Assembly (NCBI RefSeq): GCF_059718285.1
Contig: NZ_AP045833.1
Direction: 5' to 3' (one strand)
DNA length: 32,000 bases
Each line of letters opens with the position of its first letter. Positions within the stretch are counted from its first letter, which is position 1. The notes beneath the pieces were generated by a model. The model had not been told where the DNA came from and made no database searches. It worked only from the letters and a program-made list of their open reading frames with translations. The position numbers were made by a program, and so were the translations under genes. Of the stretch, positions 18,511 to 28,344 are shown piece after piece.

Positions 18511-21500
18511 TTACACCTTTTCCACATTCACAAGGAAGGACTTAAACTCCGGCGTCTGCGTGTTCGCATCACCAACGAATGGCGTTAAAGTATTGGCAAT
18601 AAAGCCTTTTTTAGCTACGCCTTCATAGCCCCAGTGAATCGGAATACCGATGGTATCGATATCTTTGCCGTTCGCTTTCAGCGTGCGAATACGTTTGGTC
18701 ACCACCGCTTTGGCTTTGATATAGCCACGGTTGGAGGAGACTTTCACGGTATCGCCCTGGGCAATGCCAAGTTTATTCGCCAGCGACTCCCCGATTTCCA
18801 CAAACTGCTCTGGCTGCAAAATCGCGTTCAACAGCGCGTGTTTGGTCCAGTAGTGGAAGTGCTCGGTCAGACGATAGGTGGTTCCGACATACGGGAACTT
18901 ATCGGCTTTACCCAATGCTTCGGCGTCGTCTTTAAAGATACGTGCAGCCGGGTTCGAGATAACGTTTGGATGCAGCGGGTTAGTTCCCAGCGGCGTTTCA
19001 AACGGCTCGTAGTGTTCCGGGAACGGACCTTCCGCCATCTTATCGAGGGCAAACAGACGCCCCATGCCTTCCTGCTGCATGATAAACGGCCCGACGCCGC
19101 TACCCGGAGGCGCTGCGCTGTAGTCCGGAATATCCCAGCCGGTCCACTTAGTGCCGTCCCATTTCAGCAACTGACGCTTCGGATCCCACGGGTTACCCTG
19201 CGGATCTGCGGAGGCGCGGTTATACAGAATGCGGCGGTTAAGCGGCCATGCCCATGCCCAGCCCAGCGTGTTACCGAGGCCAGACGGATCGGCGTTATCA
19301 CGGCGTGCCATCTGGTTGCCTTCCGGCGTCCAGCTACCGGCGAAAATCCAGCAGCCACAGGAGGTTGTACCGTCATCGCGCAATTGGGCGAACGAACTAA
19401 GTTGTTGGCCTTTCTTGACGATAACCGCACCGGTTGCCGGATCGGTAATATCGGCCAGCGCCTTACCGTTGCTCTCCATCGCCACTTCTTCTGAAGATGG
19501 CTCATGCGGAATGGCGTAGTTCCATGTCATGTTCAGCACCTGGTCCGGGTTCGCGCCACCCTGTTCGGCATACATCTTGCGCAAGCGCAGGAAGATACCG
19601 GAGAGGATCTCGCCGTCAGTCAGCGCAATCCCCGGGGCGTCCGCACCTTTCCAGTGCCACTGTAACCAGCGACCTGAGTTAACGATAGAACCGTTCTCTT
19701 CCGCGAAGCAGGTCGATGGCAGACGGAACACTTCGGTCTGGATCTTCGACGAGTCAACTTCGTTCAGCTCACCGTGGTTCTGCCAGAAGTTAGAGGTTTC
19801 AGTGTTCAGTGGGTCGATGGTGACGAGGAACTTCAGTTTCGACAGACAACCGATCACTTTGTTTTTGTTCGGGAATGAGGCAACAGGGTTAAAGCCCTGG
19901 CAGATATAGCCATTGACCTTGCCCTCTTTCATCATCTCGAAGTATTGCAGGACGTCGTAGCCTTTATCCCACTTCGGCAACCAGTCAAAGCCCCAGCTAT
20001 TTTCCGCCGTCGCTTTATCACCAAAGAAGGCCTTCATCATAGAGACGAAGAATTTCGGGTAGTTGCCCCAGTAGTTTACCTGGCCTTCCAGCAGCGGTTT
20101 TGGCGTGTTGGCGGTAAGGTAGGTTTGCAGATCGGTCTGCTTCTCGCTTGGCAGCGTCATGTAACCTGGCAGGCTCTGCGACAGCAGCCCCAGGTCCGTC
20201 AGCCCCTGAATATTGGAGTGACCGCGCAGGGCGTTAACGCCGCCGCCTGCCATCCCCATATTGCCGAGCAGCAGCTGGATCATCGCCATCGTACGAATGT
20301 TTTGCGCACCAACGGAGTGTTGCGTCCAGCCGAGGGCATACAGGAACGAGGCAGTTTTATCGTGAGCACTGGTTTCTGCGATGTATTCGCAGACTTTCAG
20401 GAACGCGTCTTTTGGCGTACCACAGATGTTTTCAACCACATCTGGCGTGTAGCGGGAAACGTGCTGTTTCAGCAAGTTCCACACGCAGCGCGGATGTTGC
20501 AGCGTGGTATCGCGTTTGGCGAAGCCGTTTTCGTCCAGTTCATAAGTCCAGGAGGATTTATCGTACTTGCGTTTTTCCGCGTCGTAGCCGGTGAACAGGC
20601 CATCTTCAAAGCCGTAATCCTCACGCACGATCAGGCTGGCGTTGGTATAGGCTTCGGTGTATTCGCGGTTGAATTTTTCATTGTTCAGCAGGTACAGCAA
20701 TACGCCTGACAGGAAAGCAATGTCAGTACCGGAACGAATAGGGGCATAGTAGTCAGCTACCGCCGCCGTACGCGTAAAGCGAGGATCGATCACAATCAGC
20801 TTCGCGCCGTTGTGAATTTTGGCTTCCATCGCCCAGCGGAACCCGACCGGGTGAGCTTCAGCGGCGTTACCGCCCATCACCACGACGAGGTTGGCGTTCT
20901 TGATGTCGACCCAGTGGTTGGTCATCGCACCGCGACCAAATGTTGGAGCAAGACTTGCTACCGTTGGTCCGTGTCAGACACGCGCCTGGTTGTCGACCGC
21001 GAGCATACCCAGCGCGCGGGAGAATTTTTGCGTTAAATAGCCGGTTTCGTTACTCGACGCGGAAGCACACAGCATCCCGGTGGAGAGCCAGCGGTTAACA
21101 GTCACGCCTTCGGCGTTTTGCGCAATGTAGTTAGCATCGCGGTCTTCTTTCATCAGTTTGGCGATGCGATCAAACGCCTCTTCCCAACTGATTTGCTGCC
21201 ATTTATCAGAACCTGGCGCACGGTATTCCGGAAACTTCAGACGGCTTTCGGAGTGGATGAAATCCACCAGGCCAGCGCCTTTCGGACAAAGTGCACCGCG
21301 GTTGACCGGGTGATCCGGATCGCCTTCGATATGGAAGATAGATGCTTTGGCGTTTTTTGCTCCGTCACCGAGGCTGTACATCAACAGCCCACAGCCTACG
21401 GAACAATAGGTGCAGGTATTACGGGTTTCGCGGGTGCGCAGCAGTTTATACTGCCGGGTTTCCGCGAGTGCTACGCTGGGTGCAAAACCCAGTGCCGCTG

Positions 21501-21561
21501 CCGTGGTGCCTGCCATACCGCCAGCGCAGATCTTAAAGAACTGCCTTCTGCTGACCTGCAT
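18511..21561 (-). CDS. fdoG: Formate dehydrogenase-O major subunit, molybdopterin selenoprotein (TGA read as Sec at codon 196)
   Basis: Two same-frame ORF-track fragments (20974..21561 and the frame running to 18511) joined by a single in-frame TGA (rc of tca 20974..20976) in the context QARV-U-HGPTVASLAPTFGRGAMTNHW; 1016 aa in total; N-terminal Tat motif SRRQFFK. Confidence 0.97.
20937..20976 (-). promoter_or_regulatory. Bacterial SECIS element of fdoG
   Basis: TGACACGGACCAACGGTAGCAAGTCTTGCTCC: stem GG(U)AGCAA-GUC-UUGCUCC with bulged U and GU-containing apical loop, as in E. coli formate dehydrogenase SECIS. Confidence 0.85.
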
Positions 21562-21754
21562 GGATTGCTCCTTGTTTCGACATTGTCACGTCCCATTTAC
21601 ATTCGCTTGCTGCGTGTGCAGGGAGTGGGAGTTATTTTTCTTTGCGGAAGGGGCCGCAAAGGTCCAGAATTGGCTCAATTTCCCTCCATCCAGGAAGGGT
21701 TTGTAACAGAATACCATAATGTTGGTGTGTGTGTTCTTATCTGGTTAAGAGAAA

Positions 21755-22591
21755 GTGAAAAAAACACAGCGAAAAGAAATCGAAAATGTGACAAATATCA
21801 CAGGTGTTCGTCAAATTGAGTTATGGCGGCGTGATGATTTACAACACCCACGGTTAGATGAGGTCGCGGAAGAAGTTCCCGTTGCGCTGGTCTACAACGG
21901 CATTTCGCATGTGGTGATGATGGCGTCGCCCAAAGACCTTGAGTACTTTGCGCTCGGTTTTTCGCTTTCCGAGGGGATTATCGAAAGTCCGCGCGATATC
22001 TTCGGCATGGATGTCGTTCCTTCCTGTAATGGTCTTGAAGTACAAATTGAGCTTTCCAGCCGCCGCTTTATGGGGTTGAAGGAGCGCCGCCGGGCGCTGG
22101 CGGGACGTACGGGCTGTGGCGTATGCGGCGTGGAGCAACTTAATGACATCGGAAAACCGGTGCAGCCGCTACCGTTCACCCAGACGTTTGATCTCAACAA
22201 ACTGGATGATGCATTACGTCATCTCAACGATTTCCAGCCAGTGGGGCAACTGACTGGTTGTACTCACGCCGCTGCATGGATGTTGCCATCTGGCGAACTG
22301 GTCGGCGGGCATGAAGACGTGGGGCGTCATGTGGCGCTGGACAAACTGTTAGGCCGCCGGTCACAAGAAGGGGAAAGCTGGCAGCAAGGTGCGGTACTGG
22401 TTTCCAGCCGTGCCAGTTATGAAATGGTGCAAAAGTCGGCGATGTGTGGCGTAGAGATTTTGTTTGCGGTGTCTGCCGCGACCACACTTGCCGTGGAAGT
22501 GGCCGAGCGCTGTAATCTGACGCTGGTGGGCTTTTGTAAACCAGGTCGGGCGACGGTTTATACGCATCCGCAGCGTTTGATTCATAATTAA
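21755..22591 (+). CDS. fdhD: Formate dehydrogenase accessory sulfurtransferase FdhD
   Basis: 278-aa ORF with the TGCGVCG motif; divergent from fdoG. Confidence 0.97.
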   Translation: MKKTQRKEIENVTNITGVRQIELWRRDDLQHPRLDEVAEEVPVALVYNGISHVVMMASPKDLEYFALGFSLSEGIIESPRDIFGMDVVPSCNGLEVQIELSSRRFMGLKERRRALAGRTGCGVCGVEQLNDIGKPVQPLPFTQTFDLNKLDDALRHLNDFQPVGQLTGCTHAAAWMLPSGELVGGHEDVGRHVALDKLLGRRSQEGESWQQGAVLVSSRASYEMVQKSAMCGVEILFAVSAATTLAVEVAERCNLTLVGFCKPGRATVYTHPQRLIHN

Positions 22592-22598
22592 ATAAATA

Positions 22599-22632
22599 CC
22601 GCAATTCTGATTCTGGATTGCGGTTTTATTTT
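22599..22632 (+). terminator. Rho-independent terminator after fdhD
   Basis: ccgcaat-tctgattctgg-attgcgg followed by ttttatttt. Confidence 0.8.
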
Positions 22633-22901
22633 TCTATTAAATAATCCTCAATATACTATTCAGCATTTAAATAATATTTTCACCACAATAAATTATCTCG
22701 TTAATTCCGGTTTATATCGATATACTCCGGTCGCATTAATCCTTTAAGAATTAATCATTATTTATATAAGACATTTTGTTTTAATCATCGCGTCAATAAA
22801 TAAATGTTTCTGAGGAGTGAATGCAAATAACAAACCTTGCACCGGTTGTAAAAACAGCAATGTATTTTCAATAGTGGGTGATGGATTATGAGTATTGAAA
22901 A

Positions 22902-24737
22902 ATGAGTACATTACAGTTACCTGGCAGTTCATATTCTACTGAAGTTAATTTAAACGGCTTAATTGAGGTGCTCAGTAAGCACCTTTACTCTACGCCCGTG
23001 GTCGCCGTGCGCGAGCTGGTGCAGAACGGACACGATGCGATCGTGCGCCGCAGGATTGAGCAGCCCGATGCGCCAAAGGATAACCAAATTCGTGTGGTGG
23101 CAGACGTGGCGAAGTCCACCATCACCATTACCGATACCGGTGCGGGTTTGACAGAAAGCGAAATTCACGGCTTCCTGGCAACAGTGGGCGTGGGTTATAC
23201 CCGAATGTTGCGCCAGCAGGATGACAACACCGGTTTAATTGGTATGTTCGGCCTTGGTTTCTTGTCAGCATTTGTACTTGCAAAAGAGGTCACGGTGTTG
23301 ACCACATCCTGGCAAACGCCGGATCAGAGCTGGAAATACCACTCTACTGACGGGCAAAAATATACCGTTACGCCGCATCAGTCCTCGGAAACGGGTACGC
23401 AGGTGATTCTGACGCTCAAAGAAGAGTACAGCCATCTGGCGAGTAATAATTTGCTGAACCGCGTTCTTTCCCGCTACTGCATATTGCTGCACGAACCGGT
23501 TTATGTCGGCGATGCCAGCGAGCCGGTAAATAAACTTCAACCACCGTGGCGTGAAGTTGCCCCCGAAGGCGTGACCATGCACCGCGCGCTGGTGCAGCGT
23601 AAAAATCTCGCCTTTGCCGCACAGTTTGAATCCTCCTTCGAACCGATTTGCACCATTCCGGTGGTGCCAGCGGGGATGAGCGACGCGGTCGGGATTTTAT
23701 GGATTCAGGATGGCGCAACCTACGGCACCAGCGATAACCGCAACCTGTCGTTGTTTTTGCGCGGTATGTTACTGGATGACGAAGCGCGTGAGTTGTTACC
23801 GCCCTGGGCCGGATTTATTGGTGGCGTGATTGAGTCATCGAAACTGACGCCGACGGCGAGCAGGGAAGATCTCCAGCGGGATGAAACCTGGGTTGCGGTG
23901 CAGGAGGCGTTAAAAGAGGCGCTGATTTCTGGTTTGTCCGATCTCGCACAAAATCAGCCAGAAATCTGGCGGCGTGTATTAATGCGCCACAACGAAGCGT
24001 TGCTGGGCGCGGCATTGTGTGATGACCGTCTGTTTGATTTGCTCAAAGATCGCTTACAGGTGCCAACGTCAAAAGGCGCACTGTTGGCGAAGGATTTACG
24101 CGTTAATAACAGCATTCATATTCTGTTAAGCCGCGACGGCGGTTTTGAAGAGATGTTGTTCCATATTCTGCAACGGCCTGTAGCCCGTGGCGATCGCTAT
24201 GCGGTGGTGCCATTTTTACGCCGTTGGGCGCTGTTATATCATTGCCGGATTATCGAAGTCGGTACGCAAACGGGCAATGAGCAATTGTTCAGCCTGGCGG
24301 AATTACCCGAAGAGCAAGTGGCTTATCTGGAAGAGCATCTTTGCGATGGCGAGCAATTAATTATCTCCCGCTTCGAACCCGCCGTTTTGCCGTTAGTGGT
24401 CACGCCAGACCGGGAAGCAGAATTAAAACAAATTCTCGAACAGGATGACGCAGATAAACGCATCAGTACCGCAGCGTTAATGCTGGCGCGGCAATTTACC
24501 TCGCAAATCCAAAAAACGAAAACCTCAAGTCTGTATATCAATCTTAATAACCCCTGTGTCATGCAACTGGTGACTGCCTTACAACACTATCAACAGCCAG
24601 CGGCAGCATTACGGTTATTAAAATCGCTGAAAGTGATTTTGTGCTCCAGCGGCAATAAAGAACAGCAGTGGGATTTACACCAGGCACTGGAAGATTTTAC
24701 TCAGGTTATTCCCGTTTTAATTAATCAAGGAAAATAA
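22902..24737 (+). CDS. Divergent Hsp90/HtpG-like GHKL ATPase
   Basis: 611-aa ORF with N-box VRELVQNGHDAI, G1 box DTGAGLT and G2 box GLIGMFGLGFLSAFVLA, matching the HtpG layout (RELISNASDA / DNGVGM / IGQFGVGFYSAF) but clearly divergent elsewhere. Confidence 0.88.
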   Translation: MSTLQLPGSSYSTEVNLNGLIEVLSKHLYSTPVVAVRELVQNGHDAIVRRRIEQPDAPKDNQIRVVADVAKSTITITDTGAGLTESEIHGFLATVGVGYTRMLRQQDDNTGLIGMFGLGFLSAFVLAKEVTVLTTSWQTPDQSWKYHSTDGQKYTVTPHQSSETGTQVILTLKEEYSHLASNNLLNRVLSRYCILLHEPVYVGDASEPVNKLQPPWREVAPEGVTMHRALVQRKNLAFAAQFESSFEPICTIPVVPAGMSDAVGILWIQDGATYGTSDNRNLSLFLRGMLLDDEARELLPPWAGFIGGVIESSKLTPTASREDLQRDETWVAVQEALKEALISGLSDLAQNQPEIWRRVLMRHNEALLGAALCDDRLFDLLKDRLQVPTSKGALLAKDLRVNNSIHILLSRDGGFEEMLFHILQRPVARGDRYAVVPFLRRWALLYHCRIIEVGTQTGNEQLFSLAELPEEQVAYLEEHLCDGEQLIISRFEPAVLPLVVTPDREAELKQILEQDDADKRISTAALMLARQFTSQIQKTKTSSLYINLNNPCVMQLVTALQHYQQPAAALRLLKSLKVILCSSGNKEQQWDLHQALEDFTQVIPVLINQGK

Positions 24738-24738
24738 A

Positions 24739-27045
24739 ATGGATATATGGGATTGGTACCATAAATATACTAAGGAGTTGCGCGATGCCGGGCAGGAGTA
24801 TATTCCGCAACTTATCGATGATTATTCGGAAGGCGTTATGCACCTGCAAATGGAAAAGTGCGATTCGCTATTACCTGAAGTAAAAGCGCTTACCCAGGTG
24901 GCAAAAAATCCGTGGCTGGAGATTTTTATTGGTCACTGGGAAATGCGCCATCGTCTCACTAACCGCGAAGAAGGCGAAAAAGTACTGCCAGACGTGGTGG
25001 CGCTGTTTGAAAAAGCGCACCGGGAAGAGGCGAAAGATTGCCCGCAATCTATCTGCGTTACCCAGGATTTATCCGCCTGCTACGAAAATATTGATGCACC
25101 TGGCTGGGCGAATGAACGCATGGCGGTGTGTGAAGAAACCATCGCGCGCATTGATGCAACCTGGAGCTGTTTTCAGTGTTTGTCCACTGAATATGCCAGT
25201 GCACTGATAGATTCCAAAAGAACAGAGGAGGCACTGGCTTATCTGGATCGGCAAATCGACGCGGTTAAAGCCGCCGGGGAAGATGATTTTGATCCATTAC
25301 TTTATACTCGCGCCGATATTCTGATTGAACTTCAGCGTTATGATGAAGCACGCAAACTGATTGATGAGCTGACAGAAAGCAATGATTACTGGGGCCGCGA
25401 CCGCATTAGTAATCACCTAAAAAAACTGTACATCATGGCGTTATGCGGGCAGGACGAAGAAGTCTGGGAGGAATTACCGCGTTGGTCCGATCTGACTCCG
25501 CATTCATGGGGGTCATGGCTGAAAATCATTACTGTGTTACTTCCCCGTCATCCACAAAGAAACAACTGGCAACTGGCGCGCATCATCCAGAAAATGCTGG
25601 AGCAACGTTCACAGGCCGGGGCGCACCGCAAAGTGGTTGATCTGGCGAAACTGCAAATTACCCTGGCGCTGGAGCGTGAATCCGTCTGGGTTGCCAAAAT
25701 AGCGATGAAACTGGCCCAGCGACACATGCCAAAATTACGCGCGTTACTGGGCGTCGATCGCGAATTTCTCGAACTGAGTGAAAAAATAGCCGCCAAAGAA
25801 GCAGAGTTGCTGGCTCGTCCGGTTGTAGAAGTACCTGAAAATAGCGATGAAGAAACGCAGCCAGATCCAGAAAAAGACGTAGAAACATTCCGCCGCGCTT
25901 ATCTGAACACGCCTGATGATGCGGAATTGCTGGGCAAGCTGGTCAATGCGTTAAACGCCTGCAATGCGATTGATGAATCGATTGAGCTCCTGCAACGCTA
26001 CGTTGAAAGCCATCTTCAGGAAGATAATGGACTTTGCTTCGATCTGTTGGATCTCTTGCTCCACCGTGACGATCTGCAAACTATCGAGCATCTGGCGAAG
26101 CAGTATGAACAGGCTGGGCTGCTACATATGGCCTTGTGGTTCCGCGCGCGAGTGATCAACCAACAGGAAGACTGGAGTGAACTGGAGTCGATTGGGCAAC
26201 AGTTGCTGCAACACGAAAAAGGGCGTGAGTGGGTTGGCGTTTATCGCATGTGCTCCTGGGCAGCACAAAAACAGGAAGCCTGGGATCGACAACTGGATTA
26301 TTTACAGCAATTGCAGCAACTGATGATTAGCCGTGAAGAAGATATTCGAAATCTCCAGTGGGATATCATGGCGACCGCCAGCATCCTGCAACAATGGGAT
26401 TTGGTTCGTGCTATTGCTGCTGAACTGGAAATCGAACTCACGGAAGGCGAAGGTTTTATTGACGAAAAATGGGGGCTGTTAAACATCCGCTTCCGGGAAA
26501 ATTATGAATACCGCTATTACTATGCTCAACGTATTGGGCCGGTAACAGCAAGGATCATTGAGCCAACTTACCGGACCGATTATCCGCAACATGTTGATGA
26601 AGTTGTGGTATTCGATGCAGAAATGTTGAACTCCCGACCAGAGGATGAGGAAGAGCAGAAGAATTTCACGCCACTTTATGCCTGCCTGCAAACCATTATT
26701 CCGACCGAATACGGCGAGTCCTGGTTCTGCGAAGGTGTCATGCCTGGTGAAGAACAGTTTAATGCCTTCCGTGAGGCGCTCCGCGAACGAAACTGGTACT
26801 ACTGGAGCAACAGTAATGACGACTATACGTTAACGGACAGTCATCAGGGTGAAGATGCGCAGCCACTTCCCGCATTCTACTTTGTTATCAGTGCGCCGCG
26901 TTCAGTTTCTAAAGGTGATATCGATAAGACCTTGCACGAATTGACCGCTGACTGGGAACATCCGTTGTGCTGGTGGCGTCTTGCCAAAGAAGCCGGGGCG
27001 AATGAAGAGAAACATGCTGCTATTTCTGAACGTTATGGAATGTAG
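24739..27045 (+). CDS. Large helical repeat (TPR-like) protein, partner of the Hsp90-like ATPase
   Basis: 768-aa ORF starting 1 nt after the ATPase stop; multiple A/L-rich helical repeats (e.g. EEALAYLDRQIDAVKAAGEDDFDPLLYTRADILIELQRYDEARKLIDELTE; DAELLGKLVNALNACNAIDESIELLQRYVE). Confidence 0.75.
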   Translation: MDIWDWYHKYTKELRDAGQEYIPQLIDDYSEGVMHLQMEKCDSLLPEVKALTQVAKNPWLEIFIGHWEMRHRLTNREEGEKVLPDVVALFEKAHREEAKDCPQSICVTQDLSACYENIDAPGWANERMAVCEETIARIDATWSCFQCLSTEYASALIDSKRTEEALAYLDRQIDAVKAAGEDDFDPLLYTRADILIELQRYDEARKLIDELTESNDYWGRDRISNHLKKLYIMALCGQDEEVWEELPRWSDLTPHSWGSWLKIITVLLPRHPQRNNWQLARIIQKMLEQRSQAGAHRKVVDLAKLQITLALERESVWVAKIAMKLAQRHMPKLRALLGVDREFLELSEKIAAKEAELLARPVVEVPENSDEETQPDPEKDVETFRRAYLNTPDDAELLGKLVNALNACNAIDESIELLQRYVESHLQEDNGLCFDLLDLLLHRDDLQTIEHLAKQYEQAGLLHMALWFRARVINQQEDWSELESIGQQLLQHEKGREWVGVYRMCSWAAQKQEAWDRQLDYLQQLQQLMISREEDIRNLQWDIMATASILQQWDLVRAIAAELEIELTEGEGFIDEKWGLLNIRFRENYEYRYYYAQRIGPVTARIIEPTYRTDYPQHVDEVVVFDAEMLNSRPEDEEEQKNFTPLYACLQTIIPTEYGESWFCEGVMPGEEQFNAFREALRERNWYYWSNSNDDYTLTDSHQGEDAQPLPAFYFVISAPRSVSKGDIDKTLHELTADWEHPLCWWRLAKEAGANEEKHAAISERYGM

Positions 27046-27239
27046 GTGAGAGTTTATATCCTGCGCCACTGGTAGAGCGGGTAATTAAAATAGCTTCCTG
27101 CGATTTATATTTTAAGTCGCAGGAATTATTTGGGGTATGAATAATTTCGGTTTGTTTATAAGCAAGATGTGTATAGTGACGGATCATTTTTTCATTTAAA
27201 ATATTATCTCTCTTATCTATATATTTATAAGGCAATTAA

Positions 27240-28295
27240 ATGAAAAGGAATTTATTATCTTCCGCTATTATAGTCGCCATCATGTCCCTCGGTCTCACGG
27301 GTTGTGATGATAAAAAAGCCGAAACAGAAACGCCCCCGCCTGCCAATAGTCAACCTGCTGCACCAGCTCCTGAAGCGAAACCTACTGAAGCTCCCGTTGC
27401 AAAAGCAGAAGTTAAACCTGAAACGCCTGCGCAACCGGTGGTCGATGAACAAGCAGTTTTCGACGAAAAAATGGATGTCTATATCAAGTGCTACAACAAG
27501 TTACAGATTCCTGTACAGAACAGTCTGGCGCGTTACGCTGACTGGCTGAAAGATTTTAAACAGGGGCCAACGGGTAGAGAGAGCCTTGTTTATGGCATTT
27601 ACGGCATTAGTGAATCCAATCTCTCTGAGTGTCAAAAAGGAATAAAAAGAGTCGTGGCGTTAACGCCTGCGCTGCAACCAATTGATGGCGTGGCGGTGAG
27701 TTATATCGATGCTGCCGTGGCGTTGGGTAATACCATTAACGAAATGGATAAATATTACACCCAGGAAAATTATAAAGACGATGCGTTTGCGAAAGGGAAA
27801 ACGCTGCACCAGACATTCTTAAAAAATCTGGAAGCCTTTGAACCTGTAGCAGAATCTTATCATGCGGCGATTCAGGAAATTAATGATAAGCGTCAGCTTG
27901 CGGAACTGAAAAATATTGAAGAAAGAGAAGGGAAAACATTCCACTACTACTCTCTGGCAGTCATGATTTCAGCGAAACAAATTAATAACCTGATATCGCA
28001 AGATAAGTTTGATGCAGAAGCGGCAATGAAGAAAGTGTCTGAACTGGAAACGCTGGTGGCGCAGGCCAAAGAAGCGGATAAAGGCGGCATGAATTTCTCG
28101 TTTATTAATTCGGCAGGCCAGTATCAACTCGAGGCTAAAAAATACGTTCGCCGCATCAGAGATAAAGTCCCGTACTCTGACTGGGATAAAGAGCAACTTC
28201 AGGACGCAAACTCAAGCTGGATGGTCGAAGACTCTTTCCCGAGAGCATTACGCGAGTACAACGAAATGGTTGATGACTATAATAGCCTGCGTTAA
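27240..28295 (+). CDS. yiiG: Lipoprotein YiiG (DUF3829 family)
   Basis: 351-aa ORF with lipobox LGLTGC and a Pro/Ala-rich linker; recognised as YiiG. Confidence 0.93.
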   Translation: MKRNLLSSAIIVAIMSLGLTGCDDKKAETETPPPANSQPAAPAPEAKPTEAPVAKAEVKPETPAQPVVDEQAVFDEKMDVYIKCYNKLQIPVQNSLARYADWLKDFKQGPTGRESLVYGIYGISESNLSECQKGIKRVVALTPALQPIDGVAVSYIDAAVALGNTINEMDKYYTQENYKDDAFAKGKTLHQTFLKNLEAFEPVAESYHAAIQEINDKRQLAELKNIEEREGKTFHYYSLAVMISAKQINNLISQDKFDAEAAMKKVSELETLVAQAKEADKGGMNFSFINSAGQYQLEAKKYVRRIRDKVPYSDWDKEQLQDANSSWMVEDSFPRALREYNEMVDDYNSLR

Positions 28296-28317
28296 ACGTT
28301 TTTGATGATAAATGCAG

Positions 28318-28342
28318 TGTCGGATGCGGCGCATCCGACACA
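28318..28342. repeat. Single REP-like palindrome between convergent yiiG and frvR
   Basis: gtgtcggatgcg-gcgcatccgacac near-perfect inverted repeat. Confidence 0.8.
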
Positions 28343-28344
28343 GT

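Noticed and set aside
19945-20709. 254-aa + strand ORF (and 18634..19494, 19529..19909)
   Set aside because: Fully antisense to fdoG, no recognisable domain; typical shadow ORFs in GC-rich coding sequence.
18511-21561. fdoG as a nonsense-disrupted pseudogene or two separate genes
   Set aside because: The single in-frame TGA is in the known Sec context (V-U-HGP) with a SECIS hairpin; the joined frame gives full-length FdoG.
21118-21819. 233-aa + strand ORF spanning the fdoG 5' end into fdhD
   Set aside because: Mostly antisense to fdoG; no domain, and would overlap the fdhD start in another frame.
22902-24737. Housekeeping htpG
   Set aside because: Outside the ATP-binding boxes the sequence differs strongly from E. 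coli HtpG, the locus is wrong, and it is coupled to a TPR-like gene.
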